64,000 bases of DNA, from the NCBI GenBank assembly GCA_002104945.1, contig MCFH01000003.1, positions 1,240,001 to 1,304,000 of the forward strand, given 5' to 3'. Numbering within the stretch: the first letter of the stretch is position 1; the number at the start of each line of letters is the position of its first letter. Below are positions 12,441 through 26,300 of the stretch, piece after piece. The notes under the pieces were generated by a model. The model was not told the origin of the DNA, made no database searches, and saw only the letters and a program-made list of their open reading frames with translations. The translations under genes were made by a program, and so were the position numbers. This DNA comes from Piromyces finnis finn. Its lineage: Eukaryota; Fungi; Neocallimastigomycota.

Positions 12441-14034
12441 ATGATAGACGAGGTAATTGTTACAAGGAGTTAAGATAACTTTTTTTTTTTTTTAGAATTT
12501 ATATATATATTTAAAATTTAATTAACGGATAATTGATAATTATATAATTTACATGAATATATGATTCATTCAAAACTAAACATTTTCTTTTTTATCTTTT
12601 ATATAAACGTATTAATTGTCCATTTATCAATTCAATTTCATATACCACATGCATATATAACTATTTAAATAACGATATCAATAAATATATTAAAAAAAAT
12701 TATTCAAATAAATATTAAAAATGTTTTCTTGGGAATATGAAATTCATTTATTATAATTCTTTATTTGATTAATTACAAAAATCTTTCAATTATTTAATGA
12801 AAATTTAAAAACTAAAAACATAAATTAACATCCAATAACAATATTATTAAACTATAGTCAAAATTAATTTTACCAGATCCAAACAACGTTAGAATTATCA
12901 TAAGTGGTAAGTTTATGTTGCATTCTAGTATATGAAATAAAAAATGCATATATATATGTAAAATAATTTATAATTCAATAAATTATAATGATTTTTTATA
13001 AATAACAATTTATTACAATTATTTTATGCTATTTTTTAAAAAATATATATATATATAGATTGTGATGGTACTTTATTAAATTCTAAACATGAATTATCTG
13101 AAAGAACCAATAAAGCTATCAACTATGCACTTGATAACTATGATGTAAATTTTGTTATTGCTACTGGTAAAACTCGTTACTCCGTTACTCATATTAGAAA
13201 GCAATTAAACATTGATATGCGTAAAAATTGCTTAGCCGTTCACTCAAACGGTTGTGTCATTTACGATGATAAGGACCAAGTTATTAAGGAATTCTTCATG
13301 GACAAAGATATTGTTTTAAAAAATATTGAATTATATAATAAACATTTAGCTGGAAGAGATTACTCTTACGTTTTATATGTTAGAGATGTTTTATATCTTC
13401 CAAGAAAGGATAAGTGGAGTGCTTTCCTTGAAGAATATGGAGAAAGAGTTGCTATCTATCCAGAACCAGAACTTTTAAAAATGGTTGAAAATAATGAACT
13501 TGCAATTAACAAGGTTTGTGTATTAACTACTCCAGAAGTATTCTATGATGGTAAATATTCATAATATATAATCTATATTTAATATGAATATTTCTTTTTT
13601 CTAACTCACCCTTTTTATTTATTCATTTTTTATTTATAAATTGTAATTTTATTATATATATTTCTTTACAATAAATCTATCATTTTATTTGTTTAGGTTT
13701 TGATAAAATTCTTCAAAAGTTTATTGATTCATATGAAGGTATTTCCTTCATTACTGGAAACACTCGTTGTTACGAAACTCAACCAGAAGAAATTAGTAAA
13801 GGTGCTTCATTAAAATACATTATGGAAGAACTCAATGTTAAGCCAGAACAAGTCATGGCTTTTGGTGATTCATTCAATGATATTTCAATGTTTAACGTTG
13901 CAGGATATAAATATGCCATGGGAAATTCAGAAAAGGCAGTTATGGAAGTTGCCACTAATGTTACTGAATCAAATGATGAAGATGGTATAGCTGTAATCTT
14001 AGAAAATACTTTTATGAAGAACAAAAAGAACTAA
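12441..14034 (+). CDS. Cof-type HAD-superfamily (subclass IIB) phosphatase
   Basis: Spliced exons 12877-12906, 13059-13550 and about 13697-14034 give motif I (RIIISDCDGTLL), motif II (VIATGK), motif III (ISKG) and motif IV (AFGDSFND...AMGNS). The first exon at 12441 (MIDEVIVTR) is tentative. Confidence 0.9.
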
Positions 14035-15379
14035 GTATTTCAATTATTTTTTGAAATACTTTAATATATATCTATTTATAATATTAAAAAGTATTGCAAA
14101 TTACAAACATTTATTAAATCTTAAAAAAAAAAAAAAAAAAGAGCAAAATAGAACTTGTAATAAATAATAAAATGGAAAGGGGGGAAATATAGTTATAATT
14201 ATAAAAATAATGACAATAAATAATATATAATATAAAAAATAAGAATATAATATTTATTATTTTGAATAAAACTATCCTATCATAATATCACTATATTTTT
14301 TTAATAAACTGAAATAGACATAGTAAAAATATAAATTAATAAATCATAATAAAGTGAAATAATTTGTAGTTTAAATTTTAATAAAAAGGAAATATATATG
14401 TAGTTGCAACTGAACTTTTCTAAGAAAAGAAAATTATATTTAAATTATGAATAATAAGATATTTCCAAACTTATGTTTTTTTTTTTTTAATTTTTAATTT
14501 TTAATAATACTAAAACATAAAAATTAAATAATTTAACACTACTGATAATTAAAAAGGTTAAATATAAATTATATTAATTATATTTTCATTCTTAACTAGT
14601 ATGTTTTATTTAACTTATATTCAAATCTTTTCTTTTTTAATAAAAACTTTTTGTTTGCTTTGATAATGACTACAAAAAAAAAAAAAAAAAAAAAAAAAGA
14701 CCGCTTATTAAATGCTTCAATTGTAAAAATAAAATTTAATTCTTTTATCGAGGAGGAAAAGTAACGATACATTATTATGGGAGATAGAAAAAGAAAAAAG
14801 GAAATATGATTTTCTTGTTATTTTACAATTTTTCTTTATATGTTAAAATATATATAGGTAAAGAATTAATCAATAATAATATATTTATTTTTCGTAATTG
14901 TAATTTATACTTTAATACTTTTTAATATTTATAATAAAAAAAAAAAAAAAAATCAATGATTTATTTGAAAACACATTTCAAAATAATAATAATATGTTTT
15001 TGTAATTTGTAAATTATTATATCAGTATTTTTTTTTTACTCTAGTATCTTAATAAATATTGTTTTATTTAGTTAATTACTTATTTTTTTAAAGTAGAATT
15101 AATATAATTATTTACATAATAGTATAAATATTTTGTTTCTAAAATGTAATAAATTAGCTTTTTTTTTTTTTTTTTTTTCTTGCTTTTCTTAATATAAGCA
15201 TTTCTGTATGCTCTAAACAATTTATGTATATATTTATTTGTCAAATTAAAAAATATTGATGATTGATAGTCATTCTATGATTAAAAAAATTATACTACTT
15301 TATCAAGAAATATACATACTTATGATTTATTATTGACATTTATGATATATAAAAGATATAATTATTAAAAAGATTACAC

Positions 15380-16810
15380 CATTTGCAAAGGACAACAAGT
15401 TAATGTACCCAAAAAGTTGTCTAATTTCCCATCATATGGTTGATTTCCACTTTAAAATATATGTATAATTATTACATAATTAATAAACAATATTTATTTT
15501 ATATCAACATATTAATATAATTTACACATAACAACTATATTCTTTTAATAATAACGAAAAAAAAAGTATATTTAAAAATAAACCTACTTGACTCTATTAC
15601 AATTCCTTATACAACAACAACAGAATAGTATAATAAAGCAAATAATTATTATAATTGACCCATAAGTTGCAATAGCACTTGTATCTATGGCTAGTATTAT
15701 TGAAGAATTCATTTTTATTATTATTAATATTTTTATTATTCCTAAATCTTTTTTCTTTTTCTTTCAGTTTTTACAATTTAGTTTTAAATTTGGTTTTTCA
15801 ATTTAAAGAAAAAAAAAAGAAGGAAAATAAAATTTTATTTTCATAATTTTTATAATGAATATGAATGGATTAAGATTCTATTTATTAAAATTATCTTTCA
15901 TATTTTTTTATAATAAATAAACTTTTAAATTTGTTATAATAATTAATTATAGAAAAGAATTGTGTAACATTAATTACAATTACCTAACCCACAAATTGAA
16001 AAATCTTCTTTATTAATAAAATCATTTATCAATAGCAGTAGAATATTATATTTTTTTAATTCCTTGTTTAGTTCTAACAAAAAATAGGTTTAGGACTATT
16101 CAAAAAAAAACCCATCAGTGAAGGGGTATATTTGGGGTTTTAAGTATTTATGAATCTAAATTCTTTACTTAATTATATTCTACCTTTATCAGAAAAATGT
16201 TCATCAACTCAAGTTAGCATAGCACATTATAAATCATTTAAAATCCAATAATGGAATTTCATCATTAGCATAATGTCCTACCTAAAATTTAATAAAATAT
16301 GATAAATATCAATATTAATTATATAACATTTTTATTTTTTACTCTTATTTTAATTTTTTTTCAAAATGCATTATTATATTTCAATTTGTAAAAAAAAAAA
16401 AAAAGTTATAGTTATTCTTCTTTAGTAATTTTCGTTTTACTTTTAAAGTATATATCAACTCAAAAATAATACAATAAACCAAGAGAAATGGTCAAAATAA
16501 CAGCACACGATCTTACATTTATTAATTTAACATCAATAAATTGAGCGTAAATTTTAACATATCTATCCTTCTTTAATTCATCAGAAAAATGTTTTGATTC
16601 TTCCATAATATTAATTAAAGATATATACAGTTTTGTTTAAAATTATTAATAATATCTCACACATTGCTTAACAAAATCGATATATTTTTTTCCAAAGGTT
16701 AAATTACTTTCAAATTCTGAGTCCTTAAGGTATTTTCCAAAAAGTTAAACTAATAGTTAATAAAATAAATAAAGTAGTAGTTAAAACATTCCATTTTGCA
16801 CATTCAATAA
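15380..16810 (-). pseudogene. Possible decayed membrane-protein gene
   Basis: Coding-like fragments (IECAKWNVLTTTLFILLTISLTFGKYLKDSEF; MEESKHFSDELKKDRYVKIYAQFIDVKLINVRSCAVILTISLGLLYYF*) are interrupted by stops. No continuous gene model could be built. Confidence 0.2.
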
Positions 16811-17220
16811 GTATAAAGTTACAGTAATTCTATTTAAAATTTAAAATACTTTTTTGTTTTCTTTTTTTTGATGACTTATTTTGACCAACAATTCCATCTT
16901 ATTTTATTTTTTTTTTTACTTTTTAAAACATATAAAATATAAAATAATAATATATTACTTTTTGAAATAATATTACAGTACAGTATGAATTAAAATTCTT
17001 AAAGTTTTTCTCCAAAATTGAATTTTCATTTAATAAATTTTTTTCTTCAGTTTTTTTTTTTTTTTTGAAATAAATTAAATGTACAAAAATGATACAAAAA
17101 TACATTATTAATGTATTAAAATTAGCATAATGTAATAATAATGATAATAATTAAAAGTAAAACTATTAATTAAAAGTGAATAAATCATCAAAAGATATCC
17201 AAAAAAAAAAAAAAAAAAAA

Positions 17221-17802
17221 ATGAATAGTAACTTAATTAGATTTTTTTATTTTCTAAGTATTATAGTGATACTTTTCTTTGTTGATGTTCATGCTAATAA
17301 TCAAAAAAGCAATGATAAGAAATACATTTGTTTAATTGAAAATACAAATATAAACCTTTCAAATTTAGGAAAACGTCAAGAAAAAAAAGAAAATGTTCAA
17401 AGTATTATAAATGAAATTCATAATTTAATTGTTAACAATGTTGATACATACAATAATCCTGAAGTTTTAGAAGAAATAATCCATAATAACAAAAAAAGAA
17501 TATTTAAACGCCAAGTAGAGAAAGATGATAAAAAAGATACTGTCAATGAAGTTATTAAACAAATTCATAATTTAATAATTAATAATAAAGATACCTATAA
17601 AAATCCTAAAATATTAGAAGAACTTGCTAATAATACAAACAAAAAAGAATTAAAAAAGAGAAGCAATAATAAGTACCGTAATCAATCAAAATATATTAAT
17701 CAAATTTCTTCTTCGAAGGATTATACAGTTATATCTGTTTTACTTTCAGAACAATTATTAAAAGAAGTAGAAACTATACCCAATATTATATCATGTATAT
17801 AA
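17221..17802 (+). CDS. Secreted protein resembling the propeptide of gut-fungal subtilisin (S8) proteases, with no catalytic domain
   Basis: Signal peptide MNSNLIRFFYFLSIIVILFFVDVHA (ATG at 17221). Duplicated unit KRQ...INEIHNLIVNNVDTYNNPEVLEEI / KRQ...IKQIHNLIINNKDTYKNPKILEEL. Ends YINQISSSKDYTVISVLLSEQLLKEVETIPNIISCI*. No Asp/His/Ser catalytic motifs follow. Confidence 0.55.
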   Translation: MNSNLIRFFYFLSIIVILFFVDVHANNQKSNDKKYICLIENTNINLSNLGKRQEKKENVQSIINEIHNLIVNNVDTYNNPEVLEEIIHNNKKRIFKRQVEKDDKKDTVNEVIKQIHNLIINNKDTYKNPKILEELANNTNKKELKKRSNNKYRNQSKYINQISSSKDYTVISVLLSEQLLKEVETIPNIISCI

Positions 17803-18300
17803 AAAAGAACAACAATAGCAAGAATTAACCTTGATAAGAACAATATAAAATAAGAAAAATTAAAAATATATCCTTTTTTTTTTCTTGGCAATCATAAAAA
17901 GTAATGAAAGTTATTTGTAATAATATTAAAACTATTTATATTAATAATATTTTCTGTACTTTTTTTTTCATTTAACTTATAAAATTATATCAAACATGTA
18001 AATTAATCATTTAAAAAACGACCATTATCAAAATTAAATAATATTATTTTTAAATATTTATATAAACATGTATATTCTCATTTTTTGTATATTATGTTAA
18101 AATTATTATTATTATTATTACTTGTAAATAAAATGATTTTTAAAATTTAATAATTTACATATTGATTCCAACTATTTATTATTTATTAACAAAAAAATAA
18201 TATTTCTGATATGAAATTTTTGATTATTTTAAGTTTTTTTTTTTTTAAGTATTCTATAGCCACAAGATGCAATATCTTATTAATAGTCACTTCTTTTCAT

Positions 18301-19661
18301 TTAATAATCTCTAAATCTATACGAAACAGTAGCACCAACAGAATGATATGGTGTTGAAAAGCTTCTTAAACCTACTTGTTCTTGATTATATTTTATATGC
18401 TTTGGATCAGAATCCACCCATGATTTAGGTATATCTGCATTTATATCTGTGTATGCTAATACATTAAAAGTACCTTTTATTCAATAAAATTAAGAATATA
18501 TATATTTTAATGTTATTTATATATATATAATTAATAACTTTGTAATATTATAATATAAAAATTGCATACATGGAACTTCTAATACAGGTAGAAATGAAAT
18601 ACTTGCTGAAAGTTGCCTTAATATAGCTTGAATTTCAATTTGAATCTGGTTTTCACACTTTTCACTAATAATCCCACAAATTATGATATAAATAATAATA
18701 TTTTTTTATATATTTTAATTATTATTGAATAAAAAAACTATAAATGATCCATTTCAATACGAATATATATATTATAAACGGCATGTATATATATTAAAAA
18801 AAAAAAAAGTTATATTATTATTTTGTTATATATATATAAAGAGCTACCTTAGGTATTCAATGGCATCACCATTTGAAGATTTAATATCAAATTGCCATCT
18901 TTCTAGTACATCATTATTTTCCTTAGTCAGTATTACTAATACAAGTTTTTTAATAGTTTGACTATCAACCCATTCTATAATTTATGTAAATGTTTTTATT
19001 TGATGTTATATTTGTTGTATTTATTGTGTTTTATTTTATAATATAAAAAAATATATTTTTAATATTATAGTCATTATTTTCTTTTTTTTTTTAGTATATT
19101 TTTTTAATACTTTTAACTTGTTCAGTAATATCTGATATATAAGATTGAACTCTCTCATCTGTAGAAACTAATAAATTTATATTATATTTTTTTACCATTT
19201 TAAAATCACTAGGTTCTGAATTAGTTATGATAATAATAATAATAAAAAAAGGAGAGTGTTTATAATTAATATCAAGAATCAAACTCATCTTTAACTTAAT
19301 CTTAGTATTAAATACCATAGAGTCCACGTTGGAATAATATACTGTTAGTTAAAAATGAATAATCATTATAGGTTTAATGATAATAAAAAAAAGGAGAAGA
19401 TTAATAATAGTTTATTTATAATTGATATAGTGATAAACCTTATATTTCTTAAGTAATAATAATAATAATTACCTATTTATACAATATTCTTCATTATAAA
19501 AATATAAATATAATAAGATAACAATATTTTATATATAATATGAATAACTATCCATTTAATACATCAACTATCTTTTATAATTTCTGAAATAAAATATTAC
19601 CGAAAAATTCTGCTACAATATCGGATGAACCACATAAAGTAATATTTTCATTTGATGTCAT
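18301..19661 (-). CDS. MAD2: Mitotic spindle checkpoint protein Mad2 (HORMA domain)
   Basis: Spliced: MTSNENITLCGSSDIVAEFF-EYCINS-ILFQRGLY-EPSDFKMVKKY...LERWQFDI...EIQAILRQLSASISFLPVLE...FNVLAYTD...WVDSDP...LRSFSTPYHSVGATVSYR. ATG at 19661, TAA at 18303-18301. Confidence 0.95.
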
Positions 19662-22171
19662 TTTTATTTAAATTATTATTACAATAATAATTGATATCTA
19701 TTGAAATAATAATAAAAGTAATAATTTAAATATAATTTTTGAACAGATAATTGATTATATATGTATATATTTTTGATAAAATATATTATAAAATGTCGCT
19801 TTAAAAAAAAAAAAAAAGATAATTAAAACATGTACTTGTATTTTACAAATTGGTTTAATAAAATATATTATAGTTGTTAATACACTATTGAAATCTTTTT
19901 TCAAATGATAGTGAAACTTATCAATAAAATATTTTATGAATATACTTTTTTCTTTAAAATATTTTTTTTTTAAAAAAAAAAAAAAGAAAAAGAAAAAAAA
20001 GAAAAATATTAATACATTAACAAAATCCTTTTTTATTAATTATATATTATATAATGAACATTAATGATACAATGTGAAAAAAAAAAAAAAAGTTATTTGA
20101 TTTATTTTCTCATATATATCAATGATAAAAAAAAAAGAGCATTTTTATTAATATTTAAAGTTTTGATAATAGAAGGGAAAAAATAATAATGGATAGTACT
20201 TGTCAAAGAAGTAAAGTTCTTTTATATTATTATATTATGTCAAACTCTTTTTATAATAATATTTTATTTTTAGCATTATATAATAAATTAAGTATTCCAA
20301 GATGAGATTAAAGTATAAAAAGTTTAAAAAAAAAATACATTTATATAAATAATAAATCTTCTAAAATTTAGAAAGTAGCAATTATAATTATTTAATTGGT
20401 ATAAATAAAAATCAAATGGTTTGGGATGCTAAATTTATAATAAAAGTATTATTCTAATACAATTCCAATCTTCAAAGTATTATAAAAATTAATTGTTTTT
20501 TAAATATAATTCAAATAACATAATTTTAATAAAAATAAAATATATTAATGATATTTTTTATAATTAAACATTCCTAGCAATTTCATTATAGAAATTACTT
20601 TTAACCTTTGTCTTTGATATTATAAATAATTATAAATATTATAGTTTTTATTATGAAAAAAAAAAAAAAAAGAAAAGAAATAGGCATTTTACTAAAAAAT
20701 ATAAAATAACTTATTAATTTATCATTCTATTGAAATATTGGTTTATATATATTACATTACTAAAACTATAATTTATAATTTATGGTTCTTTTTATATATA
20801 TTTCAAAATATAATTTCAATAAAATAAGATTTATATATATAAATGATTAAAATTTTATATATATCTTCTTTTTTTTTTTTTTTTTTAAAAAAAAAAAACT
20901 ATATAATTTAGTATATTATCATTTAAAAATATTAAAATTGTTCAACTACTTTTTAAAAATATATAGTATGCAAATAAGAAATTTGTATTTAAATATGATT
21001 TATTATCATTAAATATTTATGAAAATGTATAGATGATATTAATAAGGATTAAAAAATGTGTATATGATGATTCATATATTATAATTACACAGTTTTTTTT
21101 TTTTCAATTAGACATTAAATTAATGCTAATAGTAAATAGCAAAAATTAGCAAAGAATGAAAAGAACACATGTATGAAAATTGAAATTTCTAATTACTATA
21201 TCTACTATAATAAAGTAAATATTAAGGTATGGAAGAGGAGGGAGAACACTAAAAATACTAGATATGCTAACAAGAATTATTTACTTATTTATCGTATTTA
21301 ATTTTTTTTGTGTGTGTTTTTAAATATCTTCTTTAATATACATTAATTAAAAATTATTCTTTTTTTAAAATATATATATTCAATGAAATTTCCAACGCTT
21401 TTCCTTCCTGTATATTTTTTTTAATTAATAATTATTTATAATTAATTTAAGTTACAATAATTATATACCATTAAAGTTAATGTCATTCCATAGTGATTTT
21501 TTTTTTTTAAAAAATTATTAAAAAAAAATTAAATTGCATTTTCCTGTAACACTTTTATTAAACTACTGAATTTTTTATTGTAACATTTCATTATTTTTTT
21601 TTTCTAATTATGAATAATAAAAAAGATAAAACAAACACTTATTGCATATATTACTATTATTATCACTCTTTTGTATTAATTATTCTTTTTTAATATTGTT
21701 TTTCAGTTAATATTATTATATTTAAATACTTATTAATTAATTAATAACCATAAAAAATAATAATTATACTAACAAAATAGACATGTTTTTGAACTTTAAA
21801 ACTAAAATATCATTCTATATATTTTTCATATTTATATAATTAATTAATATTAAATTTTAAATTTAATTTATTTTTTTTTTTTTTTTAATTAAAAAAATTT
21901 ATATCTTTATTTAATAAAAAATATAGCTTATAAAATAAAAAGAAGGAAAAAAAATCGACCACCTTTAAAATCATTGTAATTATATTATGTTTATAATTGA
22001 ATTATTATTCTATAACTTATATATTTAAAAATGAAAAAACATGAAAAATAGAATAACTAATTAATATAGTTACTAAAAAAAAAAAAAGTAAATTTCATTG
22101 CTGAATATTATAAAAACTTTGTATAGAAATGTACACTTTATTTTTTAAAAAGAATAAATTAATATATTAAT

Positions 22172-22265
22172 TTTCATATAGAAATTAATCATGATACAAA
22201 ATAACGACACACATATTATTTCATATAGAAATTAATCATGATATAACATAACGATACACATATTA
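22172..22265. repeat. 47-bp imperfect tandem duplication
   Basis: tttcatatagaaattaatcatgata(c/t)aa..ataacga(c/t)acacatatta occurs twice, starting at about 22172 and 22219. Confidence 0.85.
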
Positions 22266-23142
22266 ATAATATAAAATATTAATATTATTACTATGTTTAA
22301 AAAAAAAACATATTGTAATATATTTTATTGAATTAACAATTTAAAGTTCGTTAAGCAATTTTATATATGTATTTATTTTTTCATTATATAATGATAATGA
22401 TAAATACAATTAAATAAAAAATAAAATATTAAAAGAATCTATTTTCATTCATTCTTTCTATTCATATATACTATTGGTAATAATATGATTATTCTAATAT
22501 TCATATTTTATATAATAATTTTAAAAGAGATAATATTTAGTTTTTCATATTACTTATTTTTCGAAGCATCTTTAATATATATCCTTATTCTTAAAATTGT
22601 ACAATCAAACATAGTTAATACTTTTATAAATATATTCATTTATCTTTTTAATTTCCATTTAATTCTATTAATCTCAATATATTTGATTGTTTAAAATATA
22701 AATTATTATATATTTTATACTATATGAACTTAAAAAAGGTTTTTTTTTTTACCATTTTACTTAATAATAAAATTTTAATTAAAGTTTACGAAATTTCTTA
22801 TCTCTGAAATAATTAATAATCATTTTTTAATAATATTAAAAACAGAAAAGTAATTACCTTCATTATAAAATACCAATAATTAAAAAGCATTTCAAATTAA
22901 TTATTTTTAAAATTATATAATCAATAATTAAATTTTTATTATTAAAAAATTTTTTAAAAAAAAAAGTAAATTAAATTCAATATTTTAATTAATATTAAAT
23001 TCTTTCTTTTTTTCTTTTCTTTTTTTTTTTTATTCTTGACTTTTTTATCATTTATCTTTATTACTTTTAATTTCTTTTTTTCTTTATTATAACATTCAAT
23101 TTAACTATCAATTATTTTTATTTATTTATTTATATATAAAAA

Positions 23143-23175
<33 letters not shown>

Positions 23176-23399
23176 AATTAATTGTTTCAAAATAAAATAA
23201 AATTTTATTATGTAAAAAGTTTTCGCTTAAATTAAATTTTAAAGAATTCTGTATAACAGCGACATTAAAATTTTTAATTAAATAAAAAAAATAGTTTAAT
23301 TAAGAGGAAAATATAATATAAAACGACATTTAAAAAAAAAAAGGAATTAAATATAATAGATTATTTATATTTTTTTATATTTTTATACAATAATGAAAA

Positions 23400-26300
23400 A
23401 TGACTTCAATAACGCATAAAAATAAAAGAATGTCTATGGCAGACCAACTTTCAAATGAAATGAATCTTTTACTTAAAAACACTGACTTAAATAAAACAAA
23501 TTATGATAAATCAATGTATTCACCTTCTATTGGCCTATCTCAAATGCAAAAACATAATTCTACTACATCTTACAGCAATAATAAACCAATTAATAATTCA
23601 AATGGTTATTCAAATGATTACATTCCCCATTCATCATTATCTTCATCATATATGCTTAAAAATAATAATAATAGTCAAAACCAAGGAACCCTTCGTCCAG
23701 AATATTTAGAAGAAAGATACAAAAGTATATATGAAACAACTGAATCTTCATCTGTCTATACCAATGATATAAATAATAGCACAATTACAACAACTACTGC
23801 AATATCATCTGATACCCCTTCAGAAGAAGATGGTTATACCACAACATCAATGACAACAAGTGTTTCTAGAACCGGAACTTATTCTGATATGACAACTACT
23901 GAGCAATACAGTGAATATACATCAGTTTCTGAACTACCAACAGAACAATTTAGTGAATATTCTGAAACTTCTACAGAACCCTCTTCCATAATTCAATATA
24001 ATAATAATGATGGACAAAATCCAAACATTTATTCATCTCATTATGGTAAAATATTTAATTTTCCTATTATATATCTAAATCTAAATAATATTATTAACTA
24101 ATAGTATAAAATTACTAATTTTTGAATAAATATATAATTAAAAATGATATACCATATTTTTTCAAAATAACTAAATAAAAAAAAAGGATATAATAATAAT
24201 ATTAATAATAGTTCTCAACATGAATTTTATCAAATAGAAAATCGACCATCTAGATCAATTCATCGTTGGTCTCAACAAGATATTGGTAATCGTCGTAATC
24301 ATTCACTTGATTCTAGAAAAAGTCATAGAAAAGAAAAACATAAAAAAAATAGCAGAGAAAGAAATAGATCTCTTTCACCAAGTATAAAGAATTTATTAGT
24401 AGATACTAGTCATCTTTCTAATTTATATAATACAAGTCACAGTAGTACTAGCTCCTACATTACCAATAATAATAATATACTCTCCCAACTATCTTTTGAT
24501 AATACTACACCAATTCTTCCAACTTCACTTCATTTAAATAGTTATCCTTCATCTTTAAATCTAAATTCACCCATTATTAATAAAAAGAATAAAAGAAACA
24601 TTGATACTAATAGTAATAATACTATCAATAATAATACCAATATAACTTCAAGAAATGAATATAATAAGAAAAATGCTAATAATTTTTCTAATTTTTCAAC
24701 AAATAATATAAATTACAACAATAATACTTATCAAAATGAAGCTCTTAATAATAGTAATAATGATAGAACACTTGATTGCATAGATAGTAATGAAATACAA
24801 GATATTAGAAGAAACAATAATATATACCATAATGAAATACCAATGTCAAATTATGAAGCAAATGGTAACGATAATATTCATATGACTAAGAACAACATGA
24901 AAAACTACCTTGGCAATGATGATACTAAAAATTATTCATTTAATCACAACATTGACTCAAATAATAATAGACAGTTTGTTCCTGAATCAATATTAAATAG
25001 TACACCAATAAAATCTAAACATTCCATATCAAAAAATCCGTCTAAAATCAAAAAAAGTAAAAATAAGAAAAAAGCACAAATGAATACAACATTATCTTCA
25101 CATGATTTAAATAATAATGATGATAATAATGATAATAATAAAAGTTCATTCCATTTACTTCCTTCATCTCTCTATGGACTTCCAGATGTTCTTCCATATC
25201 AACCTCCAAGTAAAATCCCAATGAATCGTAATTCTGTTAATGATACTAAAATTACGGATTCTTCTTTTCATATTGCTAATGATAATTTTTATAATAATAC
25301 AGATAACAAAGAAAATAAAACTTATTATTTTGATGATTCTCCTCAATCTAAATTAAATGAAAATTATATTAATAAACCATATAACATGAATAATAATGGA
25401 TCTCAACATTCTGGCTTGAATAACTATTTAGGAGTTAAAAGTTATAAGAAACTTAATAATTACTACATGGATTATGATAGTCCTTCTAGTGTTCCCAATA
25501 GTAATTCGAATGGTTGTAGCCCAGATCATTTTGAAAATAATAATAATAACAATAATAACAATGTTAATAACCCTTACAATCCTCTGAGACATCAAAATAA
25601 TAATGATAATAATGATGATAATAAGAATATACCTGAAGAATATATGGAACAACAAAATTATGATTATTTCAATGATATTACATCAATTACTCAAAATACA
25701 ATAGATACCGGAATTGTTACACCTTCTCTTTCTTCAATCGATGAACAACAATTTGCAAGTGATAATGACTATTACAACATCACAGCTGATAATATCTTAA
25801 CTAATCTTGATAATAATCAACAACCTCTTTGTATTCACTCAAGTAATCCAAATAAAAATAACTTCAATATAATTTATAATAATAGTGATAATAATAGCAC
25901 TACCATCAACAATAACTATAGTAATACCTATGAAATTGACGGTAATTATAAAAATGGTAATTAATTACATCACCTCCTTTTTTTTCATTTTTTAAATTAT
26001 TGTATTTATTATGTTTATTATCTTTATATCATAAATAAATGAATTACTAATTAACTATTTTTTTTATTTATATGTTTAATAATAAAATCATTAGATATGG
26101 ATGGTTATTATAATGATAATATTAATAATCAAGTATCAGGTATTATTTTAGATTCTTTCACAATGAAAAAAGATGATATTCCACTTGAACAATTTAATGA
26201 AAATGAAATGAATAATAATATGATTGTTAATAATTATGACTGTATTATGGATGCTTTCCCAGTAAAAAAAGTTTATCCATACGAAAAGGATATTGTTTCC

